Below are positions 33,759-43,077 of a stretch of 64,000 nt of DNA, piece after piece; position 1 is the first letter of the stretch, and each line of letters begins with the position of its first letter. Below the pieces are notes generated by a model. It was given only the letters and a program-made list of their open reading frames with translations, was not told the DNA's origin and made no database searches. Source of the stretch: Bdellovibrionales bacterium (lineage in GTDB: Bacteria > Bdellovibrionota > Bdellovibrionia > Bdellovibrionales > JAUICD01); the NCBI GenBank assembly GCA_965203875.1, contig OZ241914.1, positions 333,209 to 397,208 of the forward strand, given 5' to 3'. A program made the translations under genes and the position numbers.

Positions 33759-34568
33759 ATGTCTTTTAGACAATTTTTTGATTTAGGTTTATATAAGTCA
33801 TCTTGTATATTGTTTGCCAGTTTATTTTTTGTATCTTGCAACACTGCTAGTAGTAAACCCACAGAGATTGTATCTGCTGCAGGAACTAGGAATATTGCTA
33901 GCTCTGCCATAACTAATATTAATGCTAGTGCATTTTTGATGATGCAATATTGTCCTGTGGTTACTCGCATTCAATCTAGAGTCCTAGAAGCTGGTGGCAG
34001 TCTTAACGGTGAACAGATGATGGCTTTAATGCAAGAAAAAGATTTTACAGGCAGAACTTTACAACAAAGACTTATGTCAGAATTGTCTTCTAATAATGAT
34101 TGTATTAGACGTGTTGCTGAGCTTAGAGAAAATATATGTCTTTACGGAGAGTATAGTGAGGTTTGCGAAATTTTATATCAACTTGAAAAGCTAAAAACAG
34201 AAGATATTGTACAGGAGTTTGAGGAGTTTACGGGTGCCTCTGTAGACTCTATTGATCCTAGCCAGTTGCCTGGTAAAGTTGAGGCATTTGTAAACTCTAA
34301 CAGTACTTTCTTTGGTAGAATAAATAATACACTAAACAATAATAAACATATTATGATTCCTGCTGTTATTGCATTAGTATTTATAACTGTAGCAGCAGCT
34401 TTACCAATAATTCCAGCAGTAGGGGCAGCATTAGGTTATGGTGCAGTAACAGCAGCTTCGGTACTAACAGATGTGGCGGCTGTAACCGTAATTAGTACAA
34501 TTGGAATGTCGTTGGTTGGCTGGTTAATTTATAGAAAAGATGTAAGAAACAGAAGAAGACCTAACTAA
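33759..34568 (+). CDS. Lipoprotein family A, copy 2
   Basis: ATG 5 nt after AAGGGGG. MSFRQFFDLGLYKSSCILFASLFFVSCNTASSKPTEIV is shared with copy 1, as is RENIC.Y.EYSE.C...EFEEF.GAS.DSIDPSQL. Hydrophobic AGV-rich C-terminus ending RKDVRNRRRPN. Confidence 0.75.
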   Translation: MSFRQFFDLGLYKSSCILFASLFFVSCNTASSKPTEIVSAAGTRNIASSAITNINASAFLMMQYCPVVTRIQSRVLEAGGSLNGEQMMALMQEKDFTGRTLQQRLMSELSSNNDCIRRVAELRENICLYGEYSEVCEILYQLEKLKTEDIVQEFEEFTGASVDSIDPSQLPGKVEAFVNSNSTFFGRINNTLNNNKHIMIPAVIALVFITVAAALPIIPAVGAALGYGAVTAASVLTDVAAVTVISTIGMSLVGWLIYRKDVRNRRRPN

Positions 34569-34637
34569 TTCGTTGCAGATATTCTGGATATGACGGGTAA
34601 AACAACTTCGTTTGATAGAACAAGGATTAAATAATCT

Positions 34638-35363
34638 TCATTCATTAAAGATGCTTGGTTTAATGGTTCCTTTTAACTCAATTTTGTGCCCGTATAGGCT
34701 GCCAATATTGTCATGGTGTTGGCCATTGTCTTCGTTTGCACTATCACCACTACCATAATATAATTTGAATCCTTTTGTGAAAATATAGTTGTACAAAGCA
34801 CCCAGCTCTATGGGTCCTACATCTACGTCAATTCCTGCTCCAACTTGTCCGGCATGAGACATAGCCCATTTTTCTTGTTCTTCATTAGGTTCATTTAGTC
34901 CTATGTTGTTGAACGCTAATCCATAATCAGACGTAACATAAGGGGTCATAAAAGAAAAGATGTCATCAAAATGCCAGTTTCCTCCAACAAACCAAATAAG
35001 TTTGTTTTGATTTCCTATGTCTTCTGCCGACTCCCCAGTACCTTGAATATTATGTTTAAAATAGGTAATGCTTGTGTCAAAAGATGGGCCCTTATAGGGT
35101 TTGTACTCACTGGTTAGTGTGAACGAAGGAAGTAAAGTTTCTTTTAAGTCATATTCTCCTGCTGCTAGTGTTGAGGTTTCCCCTTGGTTTGAAACGTTGA
35201 GTTTATCGTATAGGACCGTGCCGAGTGAAAGAGCTATACTCCAACCGTAATCGTCGTAATAAAATACTCTGTCGTCATAATAGTCTCTGATTTGGGCTTT
35301 AGCATTTGATACAAAAAGGCAAATGATCAATACAGCAACCGATCTATAACCAATTTTTTTCAT
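34638..35363 (-). CDS. Small outer-membrane beta-barrel protein (OMP2), tandem paralog of OMP3
   Basis: Signal ...LFVSNAKA/QIRDYYDD. Alternating strands (WSIALSLGTVLY, LIWFVGGNWHF, GAGIDVDVGPIELGALYNY). GGAGG SD. Confidence 0.75.
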   Translation of the reverse strand: MKKIGYRSVAVLIICLFVSNAKAQIRDYYDDRVFYYDDYGWSIALSLGTVLYDKLNVSNQGETSTLAAGEYDLKETLLPSFTLTSEYKPYKGPSFDTSITYFKHNIQGTGESAEDIGNQNKLIWFVGGNWHFDDIFSFMTPYVTSDYGLAFNNIGLNEPNEEQEKWAMSHAGQVGAGIDVDVGPIELGALYNYIFTKGFKLYYGSGDSANEDNGQHHDNIGSLYGHKIELKGTIKPSIFNE

Positions 35364-35395
35364 AACTTTCCTCCATACATGTCCTAAAGATTGTA

Positions 35396-36160
35396 CTAGT
35401 TGTTAAGGATACTTGGTTTAATGGTTCCTTTTAACTCAATTTTGTGCCCACCTAGGCTATCAAAATCAAAGCCATATCCTTTCAAAGCTGCTCCTTCGCT
35501 GTTAGGTATTTGCACTGGTGCAGGCAGTATCAGCTCTAGTTCGTATCCATTTGTTAGTACGTAGTTATACAAAAGGCCTAGCTTTACAGGGCCTACGTTT
35601 ATATCAACTCCTGCTCCAGCTTGGGTGGCCAGAGACAGTGACGAGTCGTCTAAAAGTTCCACATTTTCACTTTCAAGATTCACAAAGTTGTAGGCTAGCC
35701 CAACATCAGCAGTAACATAGGGAGTTAAACGAGAGACCACTTCATCGAAGTTATAATTTCCTCCAACAAACCAAATAAGCCTACTTGAACTACCTACATC
35801 AGTACCTTCTTCTGATAAATCGTGTGAAAAATAAGTAAGACCTGTATCAAAAGATAAGCCCATGTAAGGCTTATACTCTCCAGTCACCATAAACGACGGA
35901 AGTAGAGTTTCTTTCAATTCCAGCGTTCCTTTTGCGGAGATGTTTGACAAGGCATTGACTATAGTTGATGATGGAGCAGTCACTTCTTTGAATGAAAGAT
36001 AGTAATCTTGTTCTCCGTACAGGACAGTGCCCAGCGATAGAGCTACACTCCAACCGTAGTCATCGTAATAAAACACTCTGTCGTCATAATAGTCTCTGAT
36101 TTGGGCTTTGGCATTTGATACAAAAAGACAAACTCCCAGTAGCAACAATAACCTTTTCAT
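35396..36160 (-). CDS. Small outer-membrane beta-barrel protein (OMP3)
   Basis: MKRLLLLLGVCLFVSNAKA signal. GAGGGGG SD before the ATG at 36160. N- and C-terminal blocks are nearly identical to OMP2. Confidence 0.75.
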   Translation of the reverse strand: MKRLLLLLGVCLFVSNAKAQIRDYYDDRVFYYDDYGWSVALSLGTVLYGEQDYYLSFKEVTAPSSTIVNALSNISAKGTLELKETLLPSFMVTGEYKPYMGLSFDTGLTYFSHDLSEEGTDVGSSSRLIWFVGGNYNFDEVVSRLTPYVTADVGLAYNFVNLESENVELLDDSSLSLATQAGAGVDINVGPVKLGLLYNYVLTNGYELELILPAPVQIPNSEGAALKGYGFDFDSLGGHKIELKGTIKPSILNN

Positions 36161-36443
36161 AGATCCCCCTCTTAAGCTGCGTCCCAAAGCCAGTTTTTAC
36201 ACGATCTAATAAAAATATCAATACTAAAGCTTGCCAGCTACGTTGTGCAGTGCTCCAGTTTTGTAGCTGTGCACCTAAGCTAGTTGAGCCATTTAATAAA
36301 ATCTAAAAAACTTACGAAACTACTAAGATCATGCAGCCGAAGGGCAATAAAATTCTTGTTACTAAAAAATACAGCTCAGGCGTAAGCCGGCCAACCTGTG
36401 ACCTCTATGCTCTTGTAAGGATAAACAGCTTCGTACGAAGACT

Positions 36444-37148
36444 CTAGTAAACAAAGTTGACTTCAATTCTGTGGTTATTACTACCTTTAAATTCTGTATC
36501 CAAGTTATTCAAGTATTCTGGTCTGTGTGGCAATAACCTGGTGTAACTATATCCCAAGCCAAGTTTTGCAACCTTAGCATCAATATTCCACCCAAGTCCT
36601 AGTGAAAAAAATGGCACATATATTTTATCATCTGTTGCCAACACTTTTCCTTGTGCACGTGTTGTAGCATCCTCAAGCTGAACACTAGCTGTTCTACCTT
36701 GCCAAAGTTTAATATGATTATGCAAAAACCCAGCTCTGACTGTTAGTTTTGGTGCAAAAGGAATCTTTTCAAAATAAACAGCACCTCCTAGTGAAAATGG
36801 TGCCAACTTTCTTTCTCCTTCCAAGCAGCCGTTACCACTTGTACAAGGAGAATCTTCTGTCGACTCTACTTCATAAACTAGCTCTTGACTATACGATGCT
36901 AGAAACGGAAACTCCAAGTCCAATGAAAGAGGGTGTTGTTCAAATTTATAGCCAAATCTTAAAACAGCAGGAGTATATATCGTTTGAGCTTTATATTTTC
37001 TTTCGATACCAGAGCCAACATCTTCTGTTGTCTGCGTACCAAATAGCATCACACCAAAAGATGGTTCCAGGAAAAATCCAGCATGTGTGTCATCAGTTTG
37101 CGACCATACAACCGCAGGGATAAAAAGTACCAAAAACGCCCATCTCAT
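36444..37148 (-). CDS. Small outer-membrane beta-barrel protein (OMP4)
   Basis: Signal MRWAFLVLFIPAVVWS, C-terminal HRIEVNFVY, AAGGGGG SD. Confidence 0.7.
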   Translation of the reverse strand: MRWAFLVLFIPAVVWSQTDDTHAGFFLEPSFGVMLFGTQTTEDVGSGIERKYKAQTIYTPAVLRFGYKFEQHPLSLDLEFPFLASYSQELVYEVESTEDSPCTSGNGCLEGERKLAPFSLGGAVYFEKIPFAPKLTVRAGFLHNHIKLWQGRTASVQLEDATTRAQGKVLATDDKIYVPFFSLGLGWNIDAKVAKLGLGYSYTRLLPHRPEYLNNLDTEFKGSNNHRIEVNFVY

Positions 37149-37380
37149 ACCAAAAGCCCCCTTATTACTTAAGCTAGGTTCGATCTCCGATTACAAACCA
37201 ATACACTATTATTATCAAGATATTTATAATTGCAACAAGGCTTGCTATAAAAAAGATTTGCAATAACTTAAACTTGGCTTGTTTTTCATTAAAAACAGTA
37301 TCAATTTATACATGTTTGTATACTTCATTAATTAAAAAAAATATTTTCTTTATATTAAAGCCTATGTATTATCATTTACC

Positions 37381-38424
37381 ATGAAAAAAGCTTTGATAAC
37401 TGGAGTTACAGGTCAAGATGGTAGCCATCTAGCAGAATTCTTGCTTAAGAAAAACTATATCGTGCACGGCTTACAGCGTACAAGTTCTTGGCCCAATACC
37501 AACAGAATCGAACATATAATTTCAAAATATAAGGGCACATTTAAATTACACCAAGGAGATTTGACGGATGCATTAAATATAGCCAACCTAATACAAAATA
37601 TACAACCTGATGAAATTTATAACCTAGGTGCTATGAGCCACGTACACGCCTCTTTTGATCAACCAATATACACCACAAACGTTAATGCGTTGGGATTGTT
37701 ACATATTTTAGAAGCCGTAAAAAATACCAAGCTAGGCAATACAAAATTAAAGGACAAATGCAGAATATACCAGGCTTCTACAAGCGAACTTTTTGGATTA
37801 GTACAAGAAACGCCTCAAACAGAAAAAACTCCTTTTTACCCTCGTTCGCCCTATGGAGTAAGTAAGTTGTATGCTTACTGGATCGGAGTCAACTACAGAG
37901 AAGCTTATGGTATGTTTGTATCAAACGGTATTTTGTTTAACCATGAATCTTCTACTAGAGGCCATAGATTTGTAACAAGAAAAATAACCAGAGCCGTTGC
38001 AAAAATACATCTTGGGCATCAAGATAAACTCTACTTAGGTAATTTATCTGCCACAAGAGATTGGGGTCATATAAAAGATTGTGTAAAAGCAATACATGCA
38101 ATTTTACAGCACGATAAACCAGATGATTTTGTAATTGCAACTGGCATATCTACATCTGTAAGAGATTTTGTCAAAATGGCTTTTAAAGAAGTAGGTGTAG
38201 GTATTGTGTTTGAAGGTAAAGACGCCAATGAAGTGGGCAAATGTTCGAAAACTGATAAAATCTTAGTGGAAGTTGACCCAAAATATTTTAGGCCAGCAGA
38301 AGTTTTGCATTTAGAAGGGGATGCATCTAAAGCAAAACAAATCCTAGGGTGGGAGAACAAAACAGATTTACAAGCATTGGTAAAAGAAATGGTTTGTCAT
38401 GATCTAGCCTCGTTAAAAAGGTAA
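37381..38424 (+). CDS. gmd: GDP-mannose 4,6-dehydratase
   Basis: KKALITGVTGQDGSHLAEFLL, catalytic YGVSKLY; 347 aa. Confidence 0.95.
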   Translation: MKKALITGVTGQDGSHLAEFLLKKNYIVHGLQRTSSWPNTNRIEHIISKYKGTFKLHQGDLTDALNIANLIQNIQPDEIYNLGAMSHVHASFDQPIYTTNVNALGLLHILEAVKNTKLGNTKLKDKCRIYQASTSELFGLVQETPQTEKTPFYPRSPYGVSKLYAYWIGVNYREAYGMFVSNGILFNHESSTRGHRFVTRKITRAVAKIHLGHQDKLYLGNLSATRDWGHIKDCVKAIHAILQHDKPDDFVIATGISTSVRDFVKMAFKEVGVGIVFEGKDANEVGKCSKTDKILVEVDPKYFRPAEVLHLEGDASKAKQILGWENKTDLQALVKEMVCHDLASLKR

Positions 38425-38430
38425 TTATAA

Positions 38431-39360
38431 TTGAATACCCAAACCAAGATACTAGTACTAGGTGGAACAGGGCTTGTAGGCTCCTCACTGGTTAGGTTAT
38501 TTAATAAAGAAAAGTTTAAAAATGTTATATCACCAAATAGAAAAGAACTAGATCTTTTTAACGGGCAAGATGTAATAGATTTTTTTACAAAGCATAAACC
38601 ACAAGTAGTGATCAATGCCGCCGCAAAAGTCGGAGGCATAAATGCCAACAATACTTACAGAGCAGACTTTATACTGCAAAACTTGAACATACAAAACAAC
38701 ATATTCAATGCTAGCCTTAAAGTGAATGTACCAAAATTTCTTTTTTTTGGATCATCTTGCATTTATCCAAAATATGCCGAGCAACCAATCAAGGAAGAAA
38801 GCCTTTTAACAGGGTCTTTAGAAACTACAAATGAACCCTATGCAGTTGCTAAAATTGCAGGTTTAAAGGTGGCAGAAAATATCAAAAGACAATTTGGGCT
38901 AAACTTTTTTTCTGTGCTACCAACTAATTTGTATGGAGTGAACGATAACTTTCATCCTGAAAATTCTCACGTCATACCAGGAATCGTTCACAGAATGCAT
39001 AAAGTCATTAAATCTGGAAAAGATACATTTGAAATTTGGGGTAGCGGTACAGTTAAAAGAGAATTTCTCTACGTGGATGATCTGGCCGATGCTTGTCTTT
39101 TTTTACTTTTACAAAAAGATGTGCCTCAATTTATAAACATAGGTACAGGTCAAGATATTACCATCACAGAGTTGACTCACAAGATCGCAAATAGGATGGG
39201 GTTTAAAGGTAAATTTGTATTTAACACTAGTTATCCAGATGGAACCCCTAGAAAATTATTAGATGTCTCCAAGATACATAATATGGGATGGAAACATAAA
39301 ATATCACTGGATGAAGGCTTAGATAAGACAATACGCTATTTTCAGGGTCTAAATTTTTGA
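38431..39360 (+). CDS. fcl: GDP-L-fucose synthase
   Basis: ILVLGGTGLVGSS, YAVAKIAG; 309 aa. Follows gmd. TTG start. Confidence 0.9.
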   Translation: MNTQTKILVLGGTGLVGSSLVRLFNKEKFKNVISPNRKELDLFNGQDVIDFFTKHKPQVVINAAAKVGGINANNTYRADFILQNLNIQNNIFNASLKVNVPKFLFFGSSCIYPKYAEQPIKEESLLTGSLETTNEPYAVAKIAGLKVAENIKRQFGLNFFSVLPTNLYGVNDNFHPENSHVIPGIVHRMHKVIKSGKDTFEIWGSGTVKREFLYVDDLADACLFLLLQKDVPQFINIGTGQDITITELTHKIANRMGFKGKFVFNTSYPDGTPRKLLDVSKIHNMGWKHKISLDEGLDKTIRYFQGLNF

Positions 39361-39532
39361 TAATCTTGTCATTATAAAATGGCACCTAATTGTTGGGTAG
39401 CTATATGATAGATGAAGCTAGCAGGCTCTAAACAGTACTTAAGGATACTTTTATTGCTCGATGCATAATTACATCATAAGACAATCTAACATACTGAAAA
39501 TACTGTGAAAACGCCTCGGATATTGTGAAAAG

Positions 39533-39676
39533 CAACAATATTACCCAATATTAGCCAATATTACCCAATATTAGCCAATATTACCCAATATTAGCCAATA
39601 TTACCCAATATTAGCCAATATTACCCAATATTAGCCAGTATTACCCAATATTAGCCAATATTACCCAATATTAGCT
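39533..39676. repeat. Tandem array of about 14 decamers alternating TTACCCAATA / TTAGCCAATA (6.5+ copies of a 20-mer)
   Basis: Read directly. Perfect copies except one A>G at 39638. The array ends 28 nt before the start codon of the ATPase gene. Confidence 0.95.
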
Positions 39677-39703
39677 TTAAATACCCCACAGTTTTGGAGT
39701 AGA

Positions 39704-40912
39704 GTGTATTCTATGAAGTACAATCCTTTTAAACCGGGCAGTGTAGTCCATCCAGGGATGTTTGTTGGTAGGATGCGTGAAATACGGCTTATTGAAAAAT
39801 GCCTATTTCAGACAAAAAACGGCAACCCGCAAAACTTCCTAATCCAGGGAGAAAGAGGTATTGGTAAGTCCTCTTTAGTATTGTATGCCAAGCACTTGGC
39901 TGCAGGAAGGTTAACAGGCTCCTATAATTTTGTAGTCATTAAAATTGATTTAGAACCTCATTATAAATTTTTAGATATTATCAAAAAATTAATTTCCGAA
40001 GCTAAAATAGAATTAAGCAGCAACAACATTTTTGAGTCGATTAAAACTCAAGCTACTGACACTTTATCGAAGTTCCAAACAACACATTTGTCTTTTTCTG
40101 AAAAAGAAACTCCGGATAATATGTTAGTGAGTGAAATTTCAAACGTGTTAAAAAAAATTAGCGAATTAAAAAAAGTCGATGGAGTTTTAGTTTTGATTGA
40201 CGAGGCGGACAAACCTAGCTCTGGTTCTGAGCTGGGTACCTTTTTTAAACTATTAACAGAAAGACTTGTCTCTATAGAATGTAATAATATATGCATAGGT
40301 GCCGCAGGACTTTTTGAAACTATAGACAAATTGCGAAAAAGTCATGAATCTAGTTTAAGGCTATTTCATATTTTAAGCATGAGCGTCCTAATTGACAACG
40401 AAAGAGAGCAAGTTATTGAAGCTGGTCTAAAAGAAGCTAATGAAAAAAACAATTTTCAAACCAAAATTGCCAAAGATGCAAAAAAATTAATAGCTGAACT
40501 GTCAGAAGGATACCCTTATTTTCTACAACAATTTGCTTACAACTCGTTTGAGGCAGACGACGATCGCTTGATAGATAAAGGCGATATTCATAAAGGAATT
40601 TATGATGAAAATACAGGGGCTTTGAAACAGTTAGGGGAAAAGCTTTTCAATAATATATTTTATAACAAAATTGGCTCTGATAACCATAGAAAAGTTTTAC
40701 AATGTATGGCTACACAAAAGCAAAAATGGATTGTTCGATCTAACATATTAAAAAATTCTGGTCTAAAAGCCACTACAGTGAACAATGCAATTAAAGCGTT
40801 GAAAGAAAAACAGATCATTTTTGATAATCCTAATAAAAAAGGGGAATATCGATTGCCATCCACATCTTTTGCTACATGGGTACTTGCTTTTACTCAAAAC
40901 TCACAACAATAA
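39704..40912 (+). CDS. P-loop AAA+/ORC-Cdc6-like (archaeal-ATPase/COG1672-type) NTPase with C-terminal winged-helix domain
   Basis: NPFKPGSVV.PGMFVGRMREI, Walker A GERGIGKSS, Walker B VLVLIDEADK, C-terminal KALKEKQIIFDNPNKKGEYRL wHTH-like. The start may be GTG at 39704 or ATG at 39713. Confidence 0.7.
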   Translation: MYSMKYNPFKPGSVVHPGMFVGRMREIRLIEKCLFQTKNGNPQNFLIQGERGIGKSSLVLYAKHLAAGRLTGSYNFVVIKIDLEPHYKFLDIIKKLISEAKIELSSNNIFESIKTQATDTLSKFQTTHLSFSEKETPDNMLVSEISNVLKKISELKKVDGVLVLIDEADKPSSGSELGTFFKLLTERLVSIECNNICIGAAGLFETIDKLRKSHESSLRLFHILSMSVLIDNEREQVIEAGLKEANEKNNFQTKIAKDAKKLIAELSEGYPYFLQQFAYNSFEADDDRLIDKGDIHKGIYDENTGALKQLGEKLFNNIFYNKIGSDNHRKVLQCMATQKQKWIVRSNILKNSGLKATTVNNAIKALKEKQIIFDNPNKKGEYRLPSTSFATWVLAFTQNSQQ

Positions 40913-40995
40913 CCAGTTTGTGATGGTACGTAAGTGTTCAGCATTGTTGCTCTGCTTATCAGACATTTGTTTGTTCAAACTTTGGGGTCTTAAAT

Positions 40996-43077
40996 TTAGC
41001 CAGACAGGGTGAGGGACAAAAATCCTTTCTGTACTACCTTATCTTTTAATTTCCTATGTTCAAGCTTAGATAAATTTGGATCTTTTTTTAATAACAACTT
41101 TGCCACATTCCTAGCCTTAGTCAAAATTTCCAGATCAGATGACATATTGGCCATCTTAAGTACTAAGACTCCGGATTGCCTTGTACCTAAAAAATCTCCA
41201 GGTCCTCTAAGCTCCAGATCCTTATCCGCAATTTTAAACCCATCCATAGTCTCTTCCATTATCTTCATCCTCTGCCTGCCTTCAGAAGATACCGCATTTG
41301 CCAGCATCAAAATACAATAACTAGCATATTTCCCTCTACCAACTCTGCCTCTTAACTGATGCAACTGACTTAAGCCAAATCTTTCGGCATTCTCAATCCA
41401 AATTAAGTTTGCATTAGGAACATCAACACCCACTTCAATCACTGTAGTAGACACCAACAAATCCACCTCATGTGCTACAAATTTTTGAAACACACGTTCT
41501 TTTTCATCCTTGTGTAATTTGCTGTGTAACAGCTCAACTTTAAATTCAGCAAACTCTTTTTTTAACTTTTCAAACTCAGTAGTGGCATCTTTTAAATCGA
41601 TTTTTTCGCTAACTTCAATCAAAGGATAAACAATATAAGCCTGCCTATTTTGTCTAAGTTGCTTTTTTATAAACTCTATTACCTGCGATCTTTTATTCTG
41701 ATAAGTTATTCTTGTTGTGATAGGAAACCTTCCTTTAGGCATCTCATCTATTATCGATACATCCAAATCACCATATAAAGTCATAGAAAGAGATCTTGGA
41801 ATGGGAGTTGCGGTCATCACAAGCAAATGAGGGTGGTCACCTTTTGACTTAAGAGCTGTTCTCTGTTCCACTCCAAATCTATGTTGCTCATCTACAATTA
41901 CAAGTCCTAAATTTTTAAACTGAACCCCCGTTTGAATCAAAGAGTGTGTACCAACACATAACAAAGCCTTACCACTTTCTAATGACTTTGTGATTTCTTC
42001 TCTCTGGCTTTTTTTCATACTACCAGTCAATAAAACCATCTTATCTAAAAAATCTTTAAATAAACTTTTTGCTTTTTTAAAATGTTGCTCCGCTAAAATT
42101 TCTGTAGGAGCCATTATAGCCACTTGATACCCACACGACATAACATACATTGCAGAAAGTAGAGCAACTATTGTTTTGCCTGATCCAACATCACCCTGAA
42201 TTAATCTATGCATGGGTTTTGTAACACCTAGATCAGATATAATCTCATTTAACACTTTGGATTGTGCACCGGTGAGATTAAATTCCAACTTATCGATATA
42301 TCTTTTTAAATGCGGGTCATTGGATGTAAATGACTTAGTATGTTCCTCAGAAATATTTGACCTAACCATTAATAATGGAAGCTGAAGCCAAAAAAATTCT
42401 TCAAATTTAATCCTGTTATGATAGTATGATTTTTTAGATAAAAATTGTGAATCAACATCACTATCAGGGCTATGAACCTTAAAGATAGCCTTTTCGATCT
42501 CTACAAGTTTACTTTGATCTAATATCCAATCAGGAAGGTATTCTTCTAGCTGACCCTTTATACCAACAAGGGCAGTTTTAATAATATCATGCAATTTCTT
42601 TTGGCTAATCCCTTCTACTTCAGGATACACTGGCATTATATGATTTTTTTTGTTCTCGGTATGCTCTAATATGTCAGGATGATGAAATTCAATTCTGCCT
42701 TTGTAATGTGATACACATCCTTCGATGGTCACACGCTTTCCAATATTCAATCTGGAAAAATATCCTTTGTAAGGAGTGCGAAAATACTTACAGGCAATAG
42801 AACCCGTTGCGTCCTTTACTAAAACCGTCCAAATTTTTCTGTTTCTACCCACCTTAATACTGTTTACTAAAGCAATGGTTGCTGGAAAACTTACATGATC
42901 CCCTGGCTTCAGAGTGTTAATCGACTTGGCTCTACGATAATCTAAGTAATGTTTGGGATAGTACTCTATTAAATCTAGTACTGTCTTGATTTGTTTTTTT
43001 TTAAACAAATTAGCTATCTTTGGGCCAACACCCTTGATGTACTGAACAGGTGTATCGATATTTAAACGCATTAGCAA
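40996..43077 (-). CDS. recG: ATP-dependent DNA helicase RecG
   Basis: 693 aa. Wedge domain N-terminus, GDVGSGKT, VIVDEQHRFG, TATPIPR, QLRGRVGRG. Confidence 0.95.
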   Translation of the reverse strand: MLMRLNIDTPVQYIKGVGPKIANLFKKKQIKTVLDLIEYYPKHYLDYRRAKSINTLKPGDHVSFPATIALVNSIKVGRNRKIWTVLVKDATGSIACKYFRTPYKGYFSRLNIGKRVTIEGCVSHYKGRIEFHHPDILEHTENKKNHIMPVYPEVEGISQKKLHDIIKTALVGIKGQLEEYLPDWILDQSKLVEIEKAIFKVHSPDSDVDSQFLSKKSYYHNRIKFEEFFWLQLPLLMVRSNISEEHTKSFTSNDPHLKRYIDKLEFNLTGAQSKVLNEIISDLGVTKPMHRLIQGDVGSGKTIVALLSAMYVMSCGYQVAIMAPTEILAEQHFKKAKSLFKDFLDKMVLLTGSMKKSQREEITKSLESGKALLCVGTHSLIQTGVQFKNLGLVIVDEQHRFGVEQRTALKSKGDHPHLLVMTATPIPRSLSMTLYGDLDVSIIDEMPKGRFPITTRITYQNKRSQVIEFIKKQLRQNRQAYIVYPLIEVSEKIDLKDATTEFEKLKKEFAEFKVELLHSKLHKDEKERVFQKFVAHEVDLLVSTTVIEVGVDVPNANLIWIENAERFGLSQLHQLRGRVGRGKYASYCILMLANAVSSEGRQRMKIMEETMDGFKIADKDLELRGPGDFLGTRQSGVLVLKMANMSSDLEILTKARNVAKLLLKKDPNLSKLEHRKLKDKVVQKGFLSLTLSG

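Noticed and set aside
36188-36443. Possible degenerate copy of the hairpin repeat between OMP3 and OMP4 (CCGAAGGG..AATTCTT, GTGCACCTAAGCTAG)
   Set aside because: Only short patches resemble copy 1 and its flank, and the hairpin architecture is not recognisable. The similarity could be chance.
37168-37186. tRNA-like T-arm sequence AGGTTCGATCTCC
   Set aside because: The flanks have no complementary T-stem, acceptor stem or anticodon arm. I found no tRNA gene anywhere in the window.
39380-39394. Sigma-54-like TGGCAC upstream of the repeat array
   Set aside because: TGGCAC-CTAA-TTGT has a 4-nt rather than 5-nt spacer and lacks the GC of the -12 element. The spacing is wrong for sigma-54.
39533-39676. 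Possible CRISPR array
   Set aside because: The repeats are directly adjacent 10/20-bp units with no spacers, and there are no cas genes in the window. It is a simple tandem repeat.
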